Shown here in pieces: positions 6,971-15,244 of a DNA stretch of 24,757 nt. Numbering within the stretch: position 1 is the first letter of the stretch; each line of letters starts with the position of its first letter. Under the pieces are notes generated by a model, which was not told the origin of the DNA, made no database searches, and saw only the letters and a program-made list of their open reading frames with translations. The translations under genes were made by a program, and so were the position numbers. This DNA is from a virus (lineage: Duplodnaviria; Caudoviricetes): the IMG/VR virus record IMGVR_UViG_3300037479_000376, positions 1 through 24,757 of that record. The stretch is one strand, 5' to 3'.

Positions 6971-8143
6971 TTACCAGCCGACCCATGCGGCGAAGTGCAT
7001 CTCCAGGTCCTCGAGCAGCGGGTCGGTGTTGTTGGTGACGCCGGCCGACTGGAACCTGGACTGGAAGGTGAACTCCGCGCGGCGGGTCCCGACGCCGACG
7101 CTGACGTTTGGCGACGCCTGCGCGGACAGGAGCGCCGCCTGCTCGGCCGCGTTGATGAACCCCAGCACGCTCGGGATCCCGAGCGGGGCGCGGAGGTAGC
7201 ACTGGATCATCTGCCCGACGCCGATGATCGACGGCGGGTGCCCGACGAGCGACCCGACGATCTTCGAGAATTCGCCGCCGAGCACCGTGACCTCGCCCTC
7301 GCCGCGGGTCGCGACTGCGCGCGCGACGACGTGCATCCCGGGCGGGGCGAGGACGTTGCGCATCGTGATGCTTTCCAAGCCGCCGCCGCCGTTGAACTGG
7401 ACCCGGAACTGAGCCGCGACCGGCTGGACGTTGCCGGCCGCGAGCAGCTTGCGGCGATCGACTAGGTCCGTGGGGAGGATGACGAGGACGCCCGAGCCGA
7501 CGTTGACCTCCGCGATCTTGACGTATCCCGGCGTCACCGCCGGCGTGACCGGCGGGTTGCCCGCGATCCCGACCTTGTACGAGAGCCCGGCCGTGCTCGG
7601 CGCCGGGTCAACGACCGAGCCCGTGCGGCCGTCCAGCGCGAAGGCGAGCGTCTTATCCACCAGCGTCGGGTCGAAGTCGCCCGTCACCGAGTTGAAGATG
7701 TTGCGCACCTGCGGGTTCTCGGTGCGCCGGTCGACCTTAACTTCGACGATGTCCACGCGCGTGTCCGGCGCGATGGGCGCCGTCGGGACCGGGAAGGTGT
7801 GAGTCGCCAGCAGCAGCGACGGCTTGTACGGCGATAGGTCGTCGAGCCCGACGACGCCCCCGATCGCGGACGGCACGTCCACGCCGTCGAGGAGGAACCC
7901 GGCGCCGGGCGTCACGTCGACGTTCATCCCGCCGCCCGACGACGGGCGCACGCGCAGCGAGTCGCCAATGAACCCGGACACCGCCGTACCCAGGTCGGTG
8001 AGGTCGGACGCGCGCGCCTCGAAGAGGTTCTGCAGCACGAACCGTAGCGCGCGGTCGATCTGGCTCTGCGCCTGGTTGATGTCTACCGAGACCGGGCGCT
8101 CGCGGAACTGGATGATGGTCCTGTCGAACGGTGCGTCTGCCAC
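6971..8143 (-). CDS. Baseplate-proximal tail fibre/attachment protein (390 aa)
   Basis: SD AGGAGGAG. GMNVDVTPGAG...TRVDIVEV...PAVTPGYVKIAEVNV...LVDRR is a common fibre-attachment domain pattern. Confidence 0.65.
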   Translation of the reverse strand: MADAPFDRTIIQFRERPVSVDINQAQSQIDRALRFVLQNLFEARASDLTDLGTAVSGFIGDSLRVRPSSGGGMNVDVTPGAGFLLDGVDVPSAIGGVVGLDDLSPYKPSLLLATHTFPVPTAPIAPDTRVDIVEVKVDRRTENPQVRNIFNSVTGDFDPTLVDKTLAFALDGRTGSVVDPAPSTAGLSYKVGIAGNPPVTPAVTPGYVKIAEVNVGSGVLVILPTDLVDRRKLLAAGNVQPVAAQFRVQFNGGGGLESITMRNVLAPPGMHVVARAVATRGEGEVTVLGGEFSKIVGSLVGHPPSIIGVGQMIQCYLRAPLGIPSVLGFINAAEQAALLSAQASPNVSVGVGTRRAEFTFQSRFQSAGVTNNTDPLLEDLEMHFAAWVGW

Positions 8144-8155
8144 GTGGCTCTCCTC

Positions 8156-9370
8156 CTACGGTCCGACCGCGGTCACGGTGTCCAGCTCCAGGGCGACTTT
8201 AACACCGCCCGCCTTGATCTCCTCAAGCAGGTTAGACAGGTTCAGGAACAGCGCCGCCTGCCCGACGTCCGTGCCGTCGTAGGCGCCCTCGATGACGGCC
8301 GGGTTCAGGCCCACGGGGTCGACGTCGTAGGCCGAGTGAGCGCGCCCCGCGAAGTCCGCGAGCACCGCGCCCGGGTCGTCGTAGACCATCGCGTGCTCCT
8401 CGATCGGAAGCGGGTCCTGGACGACGACGACGAAGGCGCCGTGCTGGTCCTCGACGTCTAGCCAGCGGTTGAAGAAGGGGAACTCCGGCCGCGGGTCGTC
8501 GTAGGTGAACGTGTTCGGCGCGAACGGCGAGCCGGCGATCGGGGCGTCGGGCGCGTCGTAGCAGGTCTGGTAGCGCAGCTCGAACGTCTCGATGAAGTCG
8601 AACGCGAGCCCGAGCGGGTCGAGGATCTTGTGGAGCTGACGGACGATCGCGTCGGGCGTCACGGTGTCGGGCAGCGAGCGGACGCGCGCGGCGTAGCGGA
8701 CGTCTCCCTCCCCCGGGTTCCGGCGCAGGTCGCGGTCGGCGCCGAGCCCGTCGAGCGCGGCCGCGCGGCCCTCCTGCGTCGGGTCGCCCGTCTGCCTGAC
8801 GAGGATGCTCGGGTCGCCGAAGGGGGGATCCTGGAGCGGCAGCTCGACGACGTCGATCTCGCCCGGGATCGACTCGCCGCCGGCGGTCGTCGCCGGCCCG
8901 ACGACGTTCCACTCGTAGCCGTCGGCGATCGCCTCGACCGTGCCGGGGACCACCAGGTCGGCCGGGCCGAACACGACGTCTTCGACGAGCGAGAACTGCC
9001 GGCCGCCGACCGAGGTGCGCACGATCGTGCCGACCTTGATCGTGACCGAGCCGGTCAGCGCGGGGCGGAAGAACTCGACCGGCACCCGCGCGCGCTGGCC
9101 GCCCTGCGCCAGCGTGATGAACTGCGCGCACTCGAGCCGGCCGACGGCCAGCGAGATCCGCTCCCCGAGTTCGGCCAGCGCCTGGAACACCTCGTAGCCG
9201 GGCCCGACGGAGCGCAGCGGGTCGAGGTAGCTCGGCGGCAGGATCCGGTCGAACATGTCGAGGAAGTCCTGCTGCGACGACGACGCCGGCGCGCAGTCAT
9301 TTTCCGACGCTCCGAGCGGGAACGCCGGATCGCCGGGCGGCGCGAACGGCGGCGCGGTGGGCGTCGACAC
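8156..9370 (-). CDS. Baseplate wedge protein (gpI/Mu gp48-like) with a J-like beta domain
   Basis: Follows J. LDGLGADRDLRRNPGEGDVRYAARV...TPDAI and terminal EIKAGGVKV resemble gpI-type proteins. TIKVGTIVRT...VEAIADGYEWNV is J-like. Confidence 0.7.
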   Translation of the reverse strand: MSTPTAPPFAPPGDPAFPLGASENDCAPASSSQQDFLDMFDRILPPSYLDPLRSVGPGYEVFQALAELGERISLAVGRLECAQFITLAQGGQRARVPVEFFRPALTGSVTIKVGTIVRTSVGGRQFSLVEDVVFGPADLVVPGTVEAIADGYEWNVVGPATTAGGESIPGEIDVVELPLQDPPFGDPSILVRQTGDPTQEGRAAALDGLGADRDLRRNPGEGDVRYAARVRSLPDTVTPDAIVRQLHKILDPLGLAFDFIETFELRYQTCYDAPDAPIAGSPFAPNTFTYDDPRPEFPFFNRWLDVEDQHGAFVVVVQDPLPIEEHAMVYDDPGAVLADFAGRAHSAYDVDPVGLNPAVIEGAYDGTDVGQAALFLNLSNLLEEIKAGGVKVALELDTVTAVGP

Positions 9371-10582
9371 CTACGGCCCCCCGCCACCGAGCATGGGCGA
9401 CACGGGCGCGCCCGCGGCGTCCTGGTCGGACTGCGCAGCCGCCTGGACGAGCGACAGCGACGTGCGGATGACCTGCAGCGGCGCCGGGACGACGTCGCCG
9501 GGCGGGCTCGCGATCTCGTCGCCGACGATCTGGAGGCCGGCGACACCGCGGAGCCTATCGACGAGTGCGGCGCGCGACAGCGTCTCCCCGGGTTCGAGGT
9601 CGTTGACGGAGGCGAGTACCGTGCCGCGCGCGACGAGCGTCACCAGGTCCACGTCCACGCCGGCCTGGAACCGCAGCTGCAGGATGATGGGCTGGAGCAC
9701 CACCTGCGCGACGACGACCTTGACGAAGATCCCGCCCGCCCGCGTGTCCCGCAGCGCGTTGAAGATGCTGTCCGCGAGCGCCTGAGACTGTGCCTCGTAG
9801 GCCGGCGGGTTCACCCCCTGGACGACGAGCGCGTCCGTGAACTGGTCGGAGACGACGAGTTCCACAACGCGGGTCGGCCGGGCGGACACGTCCACGACGT
9901 CGAACGCGACCGCCCTGACGATGCCAGGGACCGACAGCGCGTCGGCCTCGATGGCGGCGAGCGTCCCCTTCCTGGCGGTCAGGAAGAACCGCCGCGCGCG
10001 GTCGCGCAGCGAGTCGTCGCCCTCCTCGTCGGCGGCGCCCGCCGTCGCGGTCCCGTTCGTGACGGCTAGGTCGGCCGGCGCCAAGGGAATCGTCGAGACG
10101 ATGTTCGTGATGGCGCCGATCCGCGCGTTCTGGTCGGCGCCCGCGAGAGCGCTGCGGACCGCCGCGGTGATCGGCCCCGTCGAACCGGCCGGGAAGATGG
10201 CCGCCGCCGTCGTGAAGAACTGCCGGCCGTCCGCGGTCTGCAGCGCGGTCCCGACCGGGATGGTGAACGACGTCGGGTTGGGCGCCGTCGTCGAGAACTC
10301 GACCTCGCCGACGGCGACGGCGGCAGTCTTTCGCACCAGGCCGTAGCGGTCGAACACGTAGCGGTCGAGCTTCTTGCCGCGCGCCGAGTCGAGGTAGAGC
10401 CCCTCGGCGACGTCCGCGAGCTGGGCGACGACTTCCTCGCCGACGGCCGCGCTCGATGCCGCGATGATGTTGGCGTCGGACCCGTCGCGGTCGACGGCGT
10501 CGAGCGTGAGCTTCGGGTTGCGCGACAGCGCCTCGTCGCGCCAGGTGCGGAACAAGTCGGCGAACGTCGGGAAGTCGGGCAC
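9371..10582 (-). CDS. Baseplate J-like protein
   Basis: LDSARGKKLD...GLVRK.A..AVGEVEF...IPVGT, and GAADEEGDDSLRDR...GTLAAIEADALSVPGI. Confidence 0.93.
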   Translation of the reverse strand: MPDFPTFADLFRTWRDEALSRNPKLTLDAVDRDGSDANIIAASSAAVGEEVVAQLADVAEGLYLDSARGKKLDRYVFDRYGLVRKTAAVAVGEVEFSTTAPNPTSFTIPVGTALQTADGRQFFTTAAAIFPAGSTGPITAAVRSALAGADQNARIGAITNIVSTIPLAPADLAVTNGTATAGAADEEGDDSLRDRARRFFLTARKGTLAAIEADALSVPGIVRAVAFDVVDVSARPTRVVELVVSDQFTDALVVQGVNPPAYEAQSQALADSIFNALRDTRAGGIFVKVVVAQVVLQPIILQLRFQAGVDVDLVTLVARGTVLASVNDLEPGETLSRAALVDRLRGVAGLQIVGDEIASPPGDVVPAPLQVIRTSLSLVQAAAQSDQDAAGAPVSPMLGGGGP

Positions 10583-10592
10583 CGGGTTCCTC

Positions 10593-11438
10593 CTACAGCT
10601 CCACCACGTTGCCGGAGCGCGGGTCGGCGTTCAAGCCGATCTGGATCTCCTGGCCGGTCCGCGCGAGCTGGACGCGCAGCAGGATGGTCAAGACGCCGCG
10701 CCGGTCGATGGTCAGCGAGGCGCGGGCATCCTCGACGTCGGGCTCGAGCCGCGCCTGCCGCTCGATCGCCGCCTTGAGCGCGACGATGCCGCCGCCCGGG
10801 ACGGGTTCCTTGACGGCCAGGCCCACGCCGTAGTCGGGCAGGTGGAAGAACTCGCCGGGCACCGTGACCAGGCGCCGGATGACGAGCTTCTTGACGAGCG
10901 CCGCGCCCGACTCCGTCTCGTAGTCGCCGTCCGCGCCCATCACCAACGTGCCGCCGAAGCCCCCGACGCGGTCCGACAGCGGCGGGTTCGCGATGTCGCG
11001 CTGCTCGAACCGGCGCGCGTCGGTCTCGACGATCGGGTCGAACGTGACGATCGCGCCCGGGAAGTCGAACTCGTTGGGGTCGCTGATTAGGAACCCGGCG
11101 GCGGCCAGCAGCGTGGACGACTCGACGCGGTGGCTAACTAGGTGGGATCCCAGGTCGTCGAGCGTCGCCAGTTCGAACAGGAACGGCGGGTCGAACTCGC
11201 GGACCGCGACGACGTCGATCGCGTCGCCGGTGTCGAGCCGCGTGAGCTGCCACGTCTGCGGATTGAGCGCGTCGCCGGCGGCGAACGGGTCCTCGTGCTT
11301 GGGCTCGGCCGTGAGGGCTACTAGCACGCGGTTCGTCCCGAGCGCGATCGCGTTCTCGATCCCGATGGTCGACGAGCCCGATCCGTAGGAGCCGGTCCCC
11401 CACGGCGACGTCCCGTATGGCGCGAGCGTGTGGCTCAC
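10593..11438 (-). CDS. Baseplate wedge / sheath initiator (gp25/gpW-like C-terminus, extended N-terminus, ~281 aa)
   Basis: GTG start overlaps the spike stop (GTGA). C-terminal RRLVTVPGEFFHLPDYGVGL...AIERQARLEPDV is the gp25/gpW signature. Confidence 0.82.
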   Translation of the reverse strand: MSHTLAPYGTSPWGTGSYGSGSSTIGIENAIALGTNRVLVALTAEPKHEDPFAAGDALNPQTWQLTRLDTGDAIDVVAVREFDPPFLFELATLDDLGSHLVSHRVESSTLLAAAGFLISDPNEFDFPGAIVTFDPIVETDARRFEQRDIANPPLSDRVGGFGGTLVMGADGDYETESGAALVKKLVIRRLVTVPGEFFHLPDYGVGLAVKEPVPGGGIVALKAAIERQARLEPDVEDARASLTIDRRGVLTILLRVQLARTGQEIQIGLNADPRSGNVVEL

Positions 11439-12082
11439 TTGACCCTCACCTTGTCGCTGCCCGAGTCGATGGCGCCGGCGACGGCCGACAGCGGGGCGCC
11501 CGCGCCGACGGTGTAGCGCCCGTCGAGGTTCGCCTGGAGCGCCGCGAGGTCGGATCCGGCGATCGCGATCGAGTCGCCCTCGCGCGCGCCGCGCCGCAGC
11601 TCCGCGTCGACCTCCGAGCCGAGCTTGACGACGCCGGCCCCGCGCGCGTCGACGACGACGTCGCCGCCGTCGGCCACGACGAGGCGCAGCGTCTGGCCGG
11701 GGCGGACGAACAGTAGCACGTCGTCGGGGTGGTCGGCGACCTCGGCCGGGGGCGGGTCGGCCCCGTCCCATACCCGCGCGACGACCTCGAGCCCGTCGTC
11801 GGGGTTACCGTTCGGGGCCCACACGAGCACTTCGTCGTCGGGCCGGGCAGGTAGGTAGAGGCCGAACCCGGCGCCGGCGTAGAGCGGCGCGATCTTGGCC
11901 GTCTCTTCGATCCCGGACGGCAGCAGGACGACGTCGACGAGCACGCCGTGGTCGCGGTCGGCGACGACGCGGGTGACGACCGCGCGGCACGCCCACACGC
12001 GCGGGTCGATCCCGGGCCGCTCGACCGCCTTCGACAGCCGGTTGACGTCGAGCTTGCCGGTCGCGCGCGATCCCGTCAGCAT
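11435..12082 (-). CDS. Baseplate central spike (gpV/Mu gp45-like)
   Basis: OB-fold motif GFGLYLPARPDDEVLVWAPNGNPDDG followed by short beta-strand repeats. Confidence 0.85.
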   Translation of the reverse strand: MLTGSRATGKLDVNRLSKAVERPGIDPRVWACRAVVTRVVADRDHGVLVDVVLLPSGIEETAKIAPLYAGAGFGLYLPARPDDEVLVWAPNGNPDDGLEVVARVWDGADPPPAEVADHPDDVLLFVRPGQTLRLVVADGGDVVVDARGAGVVKLGSEVDAELRRGAREGDSIAIAGSDLAALQANLDGRYTVGAGAPLSAVAGAIDSGSDKVRVK

Positions 12083-14113
12083 CTACGGCGCCTCCCCCTG
12101 CCACCGGTCGAGCAGCCGGTCGGCGTCCTCGGCCGAGAACCCGGCCTGGAGGAACGACCGGCGCAGCTCGCGGCGGCGCTGGCGGCGCGCCTGCTCGCGC
12201 GGCAGCCCCAGCTGGATCTGCGATGGGGGCGGCAGGGTCGCCGGGTCCACGACCACCGACTTGGGCGTCTGCTCGGTCGGCACCTTCTTGTTGCGCCCCT
12301 TCTTGCGGACGCGCCGCTCGCTGGGGTCGGCATCGACGGGGGACGTCGTCGCGCCGTCGCGGTGCCTGGAGACGACGTAGTTCTGGAAGTCGAAATTGAC
12401 CGCCACGCCGCTCTCGATGTCCCACGAGTACGACACGTTGTTGACCTCGAAGAACGACAGTTGCCCGGCGACGGCGCCGCGCGACACCGCGACGAGGACT
12501 CGCGCCAGGACGCGGTCGCCCATGCGGGCGGCGACCTCCTCGACCTCTTCGGCGAACGCGCGCCGCTCGTGGAGCACGAGGTCGGCGATCGCCGGCGCGC
12601 GCGACGACAGCGCGCGGGCGTCGACGGTCAGCTCGATCGCGTCGGTGGGGCGCAGGCGGAGCATGTCGGGGTCGGCGTTGTCCCCGCCGAAGCTCGCGAG
12701 CGCCTGGGTCTTGGCGCGGCCCCCCATCTCGCCGCGCCCGACCTCCTCGTAGATCGACTGCGCGATAGCCTCGAGCCGCTCGAGGTCGCGCACGCCGGGG
12801 ACCGGGATCCGGAGCACCTCGGTGTCGGCCTTGAGCGACGCCGCCCTGCTCTCGGCCCGGGGCCACTGCGCGCGCAGGAGCTTGCCGGCGCCGCGCACGC
12901 GGTCGTCGATCGACACGACCTCGACGAGCGGGACGTTCTGGCCGGCGAACTTGCGCTCGAACTCCAGCTCCTTGACGTCGCGGCCGTAGGTCAGCCGGCG
13001 GACGCGGACCTCCTCGCCGTCGGCCCGGCGCGGCGCCCCGCCGTCGAACGGCGTCTCGACGTCGCGGCCGTCCTCGGTGCGCCCGAGGACGCGCTCGTGG
13101 ATGGCGTGGGCGGGCCGGATCATCAGCTTGCGGCCCAGCAGGTGCGGGATGCCGCCGACGAGGTTGCTGTACTGCGTGATGAGGTCCCAGTAACTCGCCT
13201 CGCTGCCGGACGCCGGCGTGCTCTTGGACTTGTCCCCGGCGGCGCCGCGGCGGACGCGCGTCAGGCCGTCGGCCGTTCCAGGCGACGGGATACGGCCGTC
13301 GCGCCACTCGGACGGGTCCGCGCGGACGGTGAGGAACGTGTCGTTCTCGACCGGCAGCAGCTCGAGGATGTCGGCCACGACGCGGTCGATGGGCTTGGTC
13401 AGGTCGAGGTCGGCGGCGAGCTTCGGGTCGACCTTCGCGTCGATGAGGATGCCGCGGACGTCGCGCCCGCGGACGTGGACGCGGCTGCCCTGGTCGCCGT
13501 GGACGACGCGCCAGGTGTCGGCCGAGCCGGTCATCAGCCGGTTCAGGCCCAGCACGATCTGCCGGGTCCTGCCGCCGGTCCCGGTGAAATCCGACTGCGT
13601 CCTGAGGATCGACTGGAGCTGGCCGAACGACGACAGGCGCCCGGCCATCCCGGCCGCGAACTGGTCCGGGTCGACGGTGCCGAGGTGGACGTCGACGGCC
13701 ATGCCGCGGATGACGCGCGGGTCGATCGGCAGGTCGCGGAAGTCGAACTCCATGTCGAACGTCCACGCCTGCCGCGTGCCCGTCAGCTCGAACGAGCCGC
13801 TCATCGGCACCCGGTTCATGATCTGCGTGTACGGGTCGTCCTGCGGGAACACGAGCGGGCGCAGGTCGGCAGGCGCCTGCCGATCGGGGCCTGGGCGGCC
13901 CGCCGCCGCCGTCGAGCCCGCCACCGGGGTCAGGCCCGCGCCGGTCGCCGCGGACGCGCCCGGGGACGTGGACCCGGCCGGGCCCGCCGCCGCGCCCGCC
14001 TGAGCCTGCGCGCGCGACGTCGGGCGATCCTCGAGCACCTCGAGCGTCTCGTCGAAGCGCAGCGTCAGGTGGGCGACGCAGCTCGCGTAGTAGAACCCGC
14101 CGAGGTTCGACAT
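12083..14113 (-). CDS. Baseplate hub protein (gpD/Mu gp44-like, ~676 aa)
   Basis: True start MSNLGG at 14113 (TGATG overlap); the first ~306 aa of the listed 982-aa ORF are shadow. VRGRDVRGILID and LTYGRDVKELEFERK are hub-like, and it lies before the spike. Confidence 0.78.
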   Translation of the reverse strand: MSNLGGFYYASCVAHLTLRFDETLEVLEDRPTSRAQAQAGAAAGPAGSTSPGASAATGAGLTPVAGSTAAAGRPGPDRQAPADLRPLVFPQDDPYTQIMNRVPMSGSFELTGTRQAWTFDMEFDFRDLPIDPRVIRGMAVDVHLGTVDPDQFAAGMAGRLSSFGQLQSILRTQSDFTGTGGRTRQIVLGLNRLMTGSADTWRVVHGDQGSRVHVRGRDVRGILIDAKVDPKLAADLDLTKPIDRVVADILELLPVENDTFLTVRADPSEWRDGRIPSPGTADGLTRVRRGAAGDKSKSTPASGSEASYWDLITQYSNLVGGIPHLLGRKLMIRPAHAIHERVLGRTEDGRDVETPFDGGAPRRADGEEVRVRRLTYGRDVKELEFERKFAGQNVPLVEVVSIDDRVRGAGKLLRAQWPRAESRAASLKADTEVLRIPVPGVRDLERLEAIAQSIYEEVGRGEMGGRAKTQALASFGGDNADPDMLRLRPTDAIELTVDARALSSRAPAIADLVLHERRAFAEEVEEVAARMGDRVLARVLVAVSRGAVAGQLSFFEVNNVSYSWDIESGVAVNFDFQNYVVSRHRDGATTSPVDADPSERRVRKKGRNKKVPTEQTPKSVVVDPATLPPPSQIQLGLPREQARRQRRRELRRSFLQAGFSAEDADRLLDRWQGEAP

Positions 14114-15243
14114 CAGCGGCTCCTCTGCGGGACGAGGACGAGCTGGCCGGCGCGCAGCCGCGACCCGGGCAGGGCGTTGAAGCGGCGCAGGCGCGGCCAC
14201 TCGTCGGGCGTTCCGTAGAAGTCGCGCGACACCGAGCGCAGGTCGGTGTCGGCCCGGGCGAAGAACACGGCGAGCAGGTCCGGCTCGACCGCGCGCGCGA
14301 CGCGGAGCCGGGCGCGCGCGGCGTCGTGCCGGTTCCGCCGCGCCTGCCTGGCCAGCCGCCGGTTCGCGGCCGCCGCCGCGACCGCCCGCGCGATCGGGAT
14401 GGCGGCCACGGCGGCGAGCGTCGTCGTCGCCTCGATCTGGCGGTCGGGCCGGGCGTAGACCTCGTCGATCACGCGCTGCGCCTCGGCCTGGACGAAGTCG
14501 ACGAGCCCGAGCATGCGCTGGGCCGACTCGACCGGGGCCACCGCGCCGTCCACCATGGCGACGAGCGCGTCTCCCAGCTCGGTCGCCGACGACTTGATCC
14601 GCGTGACCGAGGCGTTCACCTCGGCGGCGAAGTCGGGGTCGACGGGGACGCCCAGCGCCGGCGACGACGCCGTGTCGAGGCGCAGCGCCTCGGCCGCCGC
14701 GCGGTCGACGACGTCGGAGAGGTCCTCGTCGCGGCGGACGTTCGCGACCTGGCGCTCGTCGCCCTGCGACGACCAGCGGAACCGGATCTCGTACTCGACG
14801 TCTCGCAGCGTGTGCCACGTCTGCCGGAACCCGACGACGAGCCCGCGCCTGACGGTCTGCAGCCACGTCACCTCGACGAGCTGGCCCTTGCGCCGGATGT
14901 CGTCCACCAGCGCGACCAGCTCGACGACGTTGGCGATCGGCCGACCGGAGACGACCGCCGGGGTGTCGGGCAGGAACGGCGGCAGCTCGCCCGGCGCGGT
15001 GGCGACCGGCGATATGAAGCGGTCTTTCCACCAGCCGCCGATCGTCGTCTCCTTCTCCTCGGCCCCCAGCGGCTGGACCGTCGCGACCGGCGAGCCCGCG
15101 TACCAGGTGAACTCCGCGCGCTGCTCGCCCTCGAGCGAGTACGGCCGGTAGGGCAGCGCGCGGCCCGACAGGGTGAGCCGGCGCCGGTCGCCGGTCAGCT
15201 CCTCGATCTCGAACGGTCCGACGATGTCGCCCGGGCCCGCCAC
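14113..15243 (-). CDS. Tube initiator / Mu DNA-circularisation-like protein with C-terminal LysM-like domain
   Basis: Directly after the tape measure. N-terminal tube-like beta domain, helical middle, C-terminal TDLRSVSRDFYGTPDEWPRLRRFNAL...LRAGQLVLVP. Confidence 0.78.
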   Translation of the reverse strand: MAGPGDIVGPFEIEELTGDRRRLTLSGRALPYRPYSLEGEQRAEFTWYAGSPVATVQPLGAEEKETTIGGWWKDRFISPVATAPGELPPFLPDTPAVVSGRPIANVVELVALVDDIRRKGQLVEVTWLQTVRRGLVVGFRQTWHTLRDVEYEIRFRWSSQGDERQVANVRRDEDLSDVVDRAAAEALRLDTASSPALGVPVDPDFAAEVNASVTRIKSSATELGDALVAMVDGAVAPVESAQRMLGLVDFVQAEAQRVIDEVYARPDRQIEATTTLAAVAAIPIARAVAAAAANRRLARQARRNRHDAARARLRVARAVEPDLLAVFFARADTDLRSVSRDFYGTPDEWPRLRRFNALPGSRLRAGQLVLVPQRSR

Positions 15244-15244
15244 G

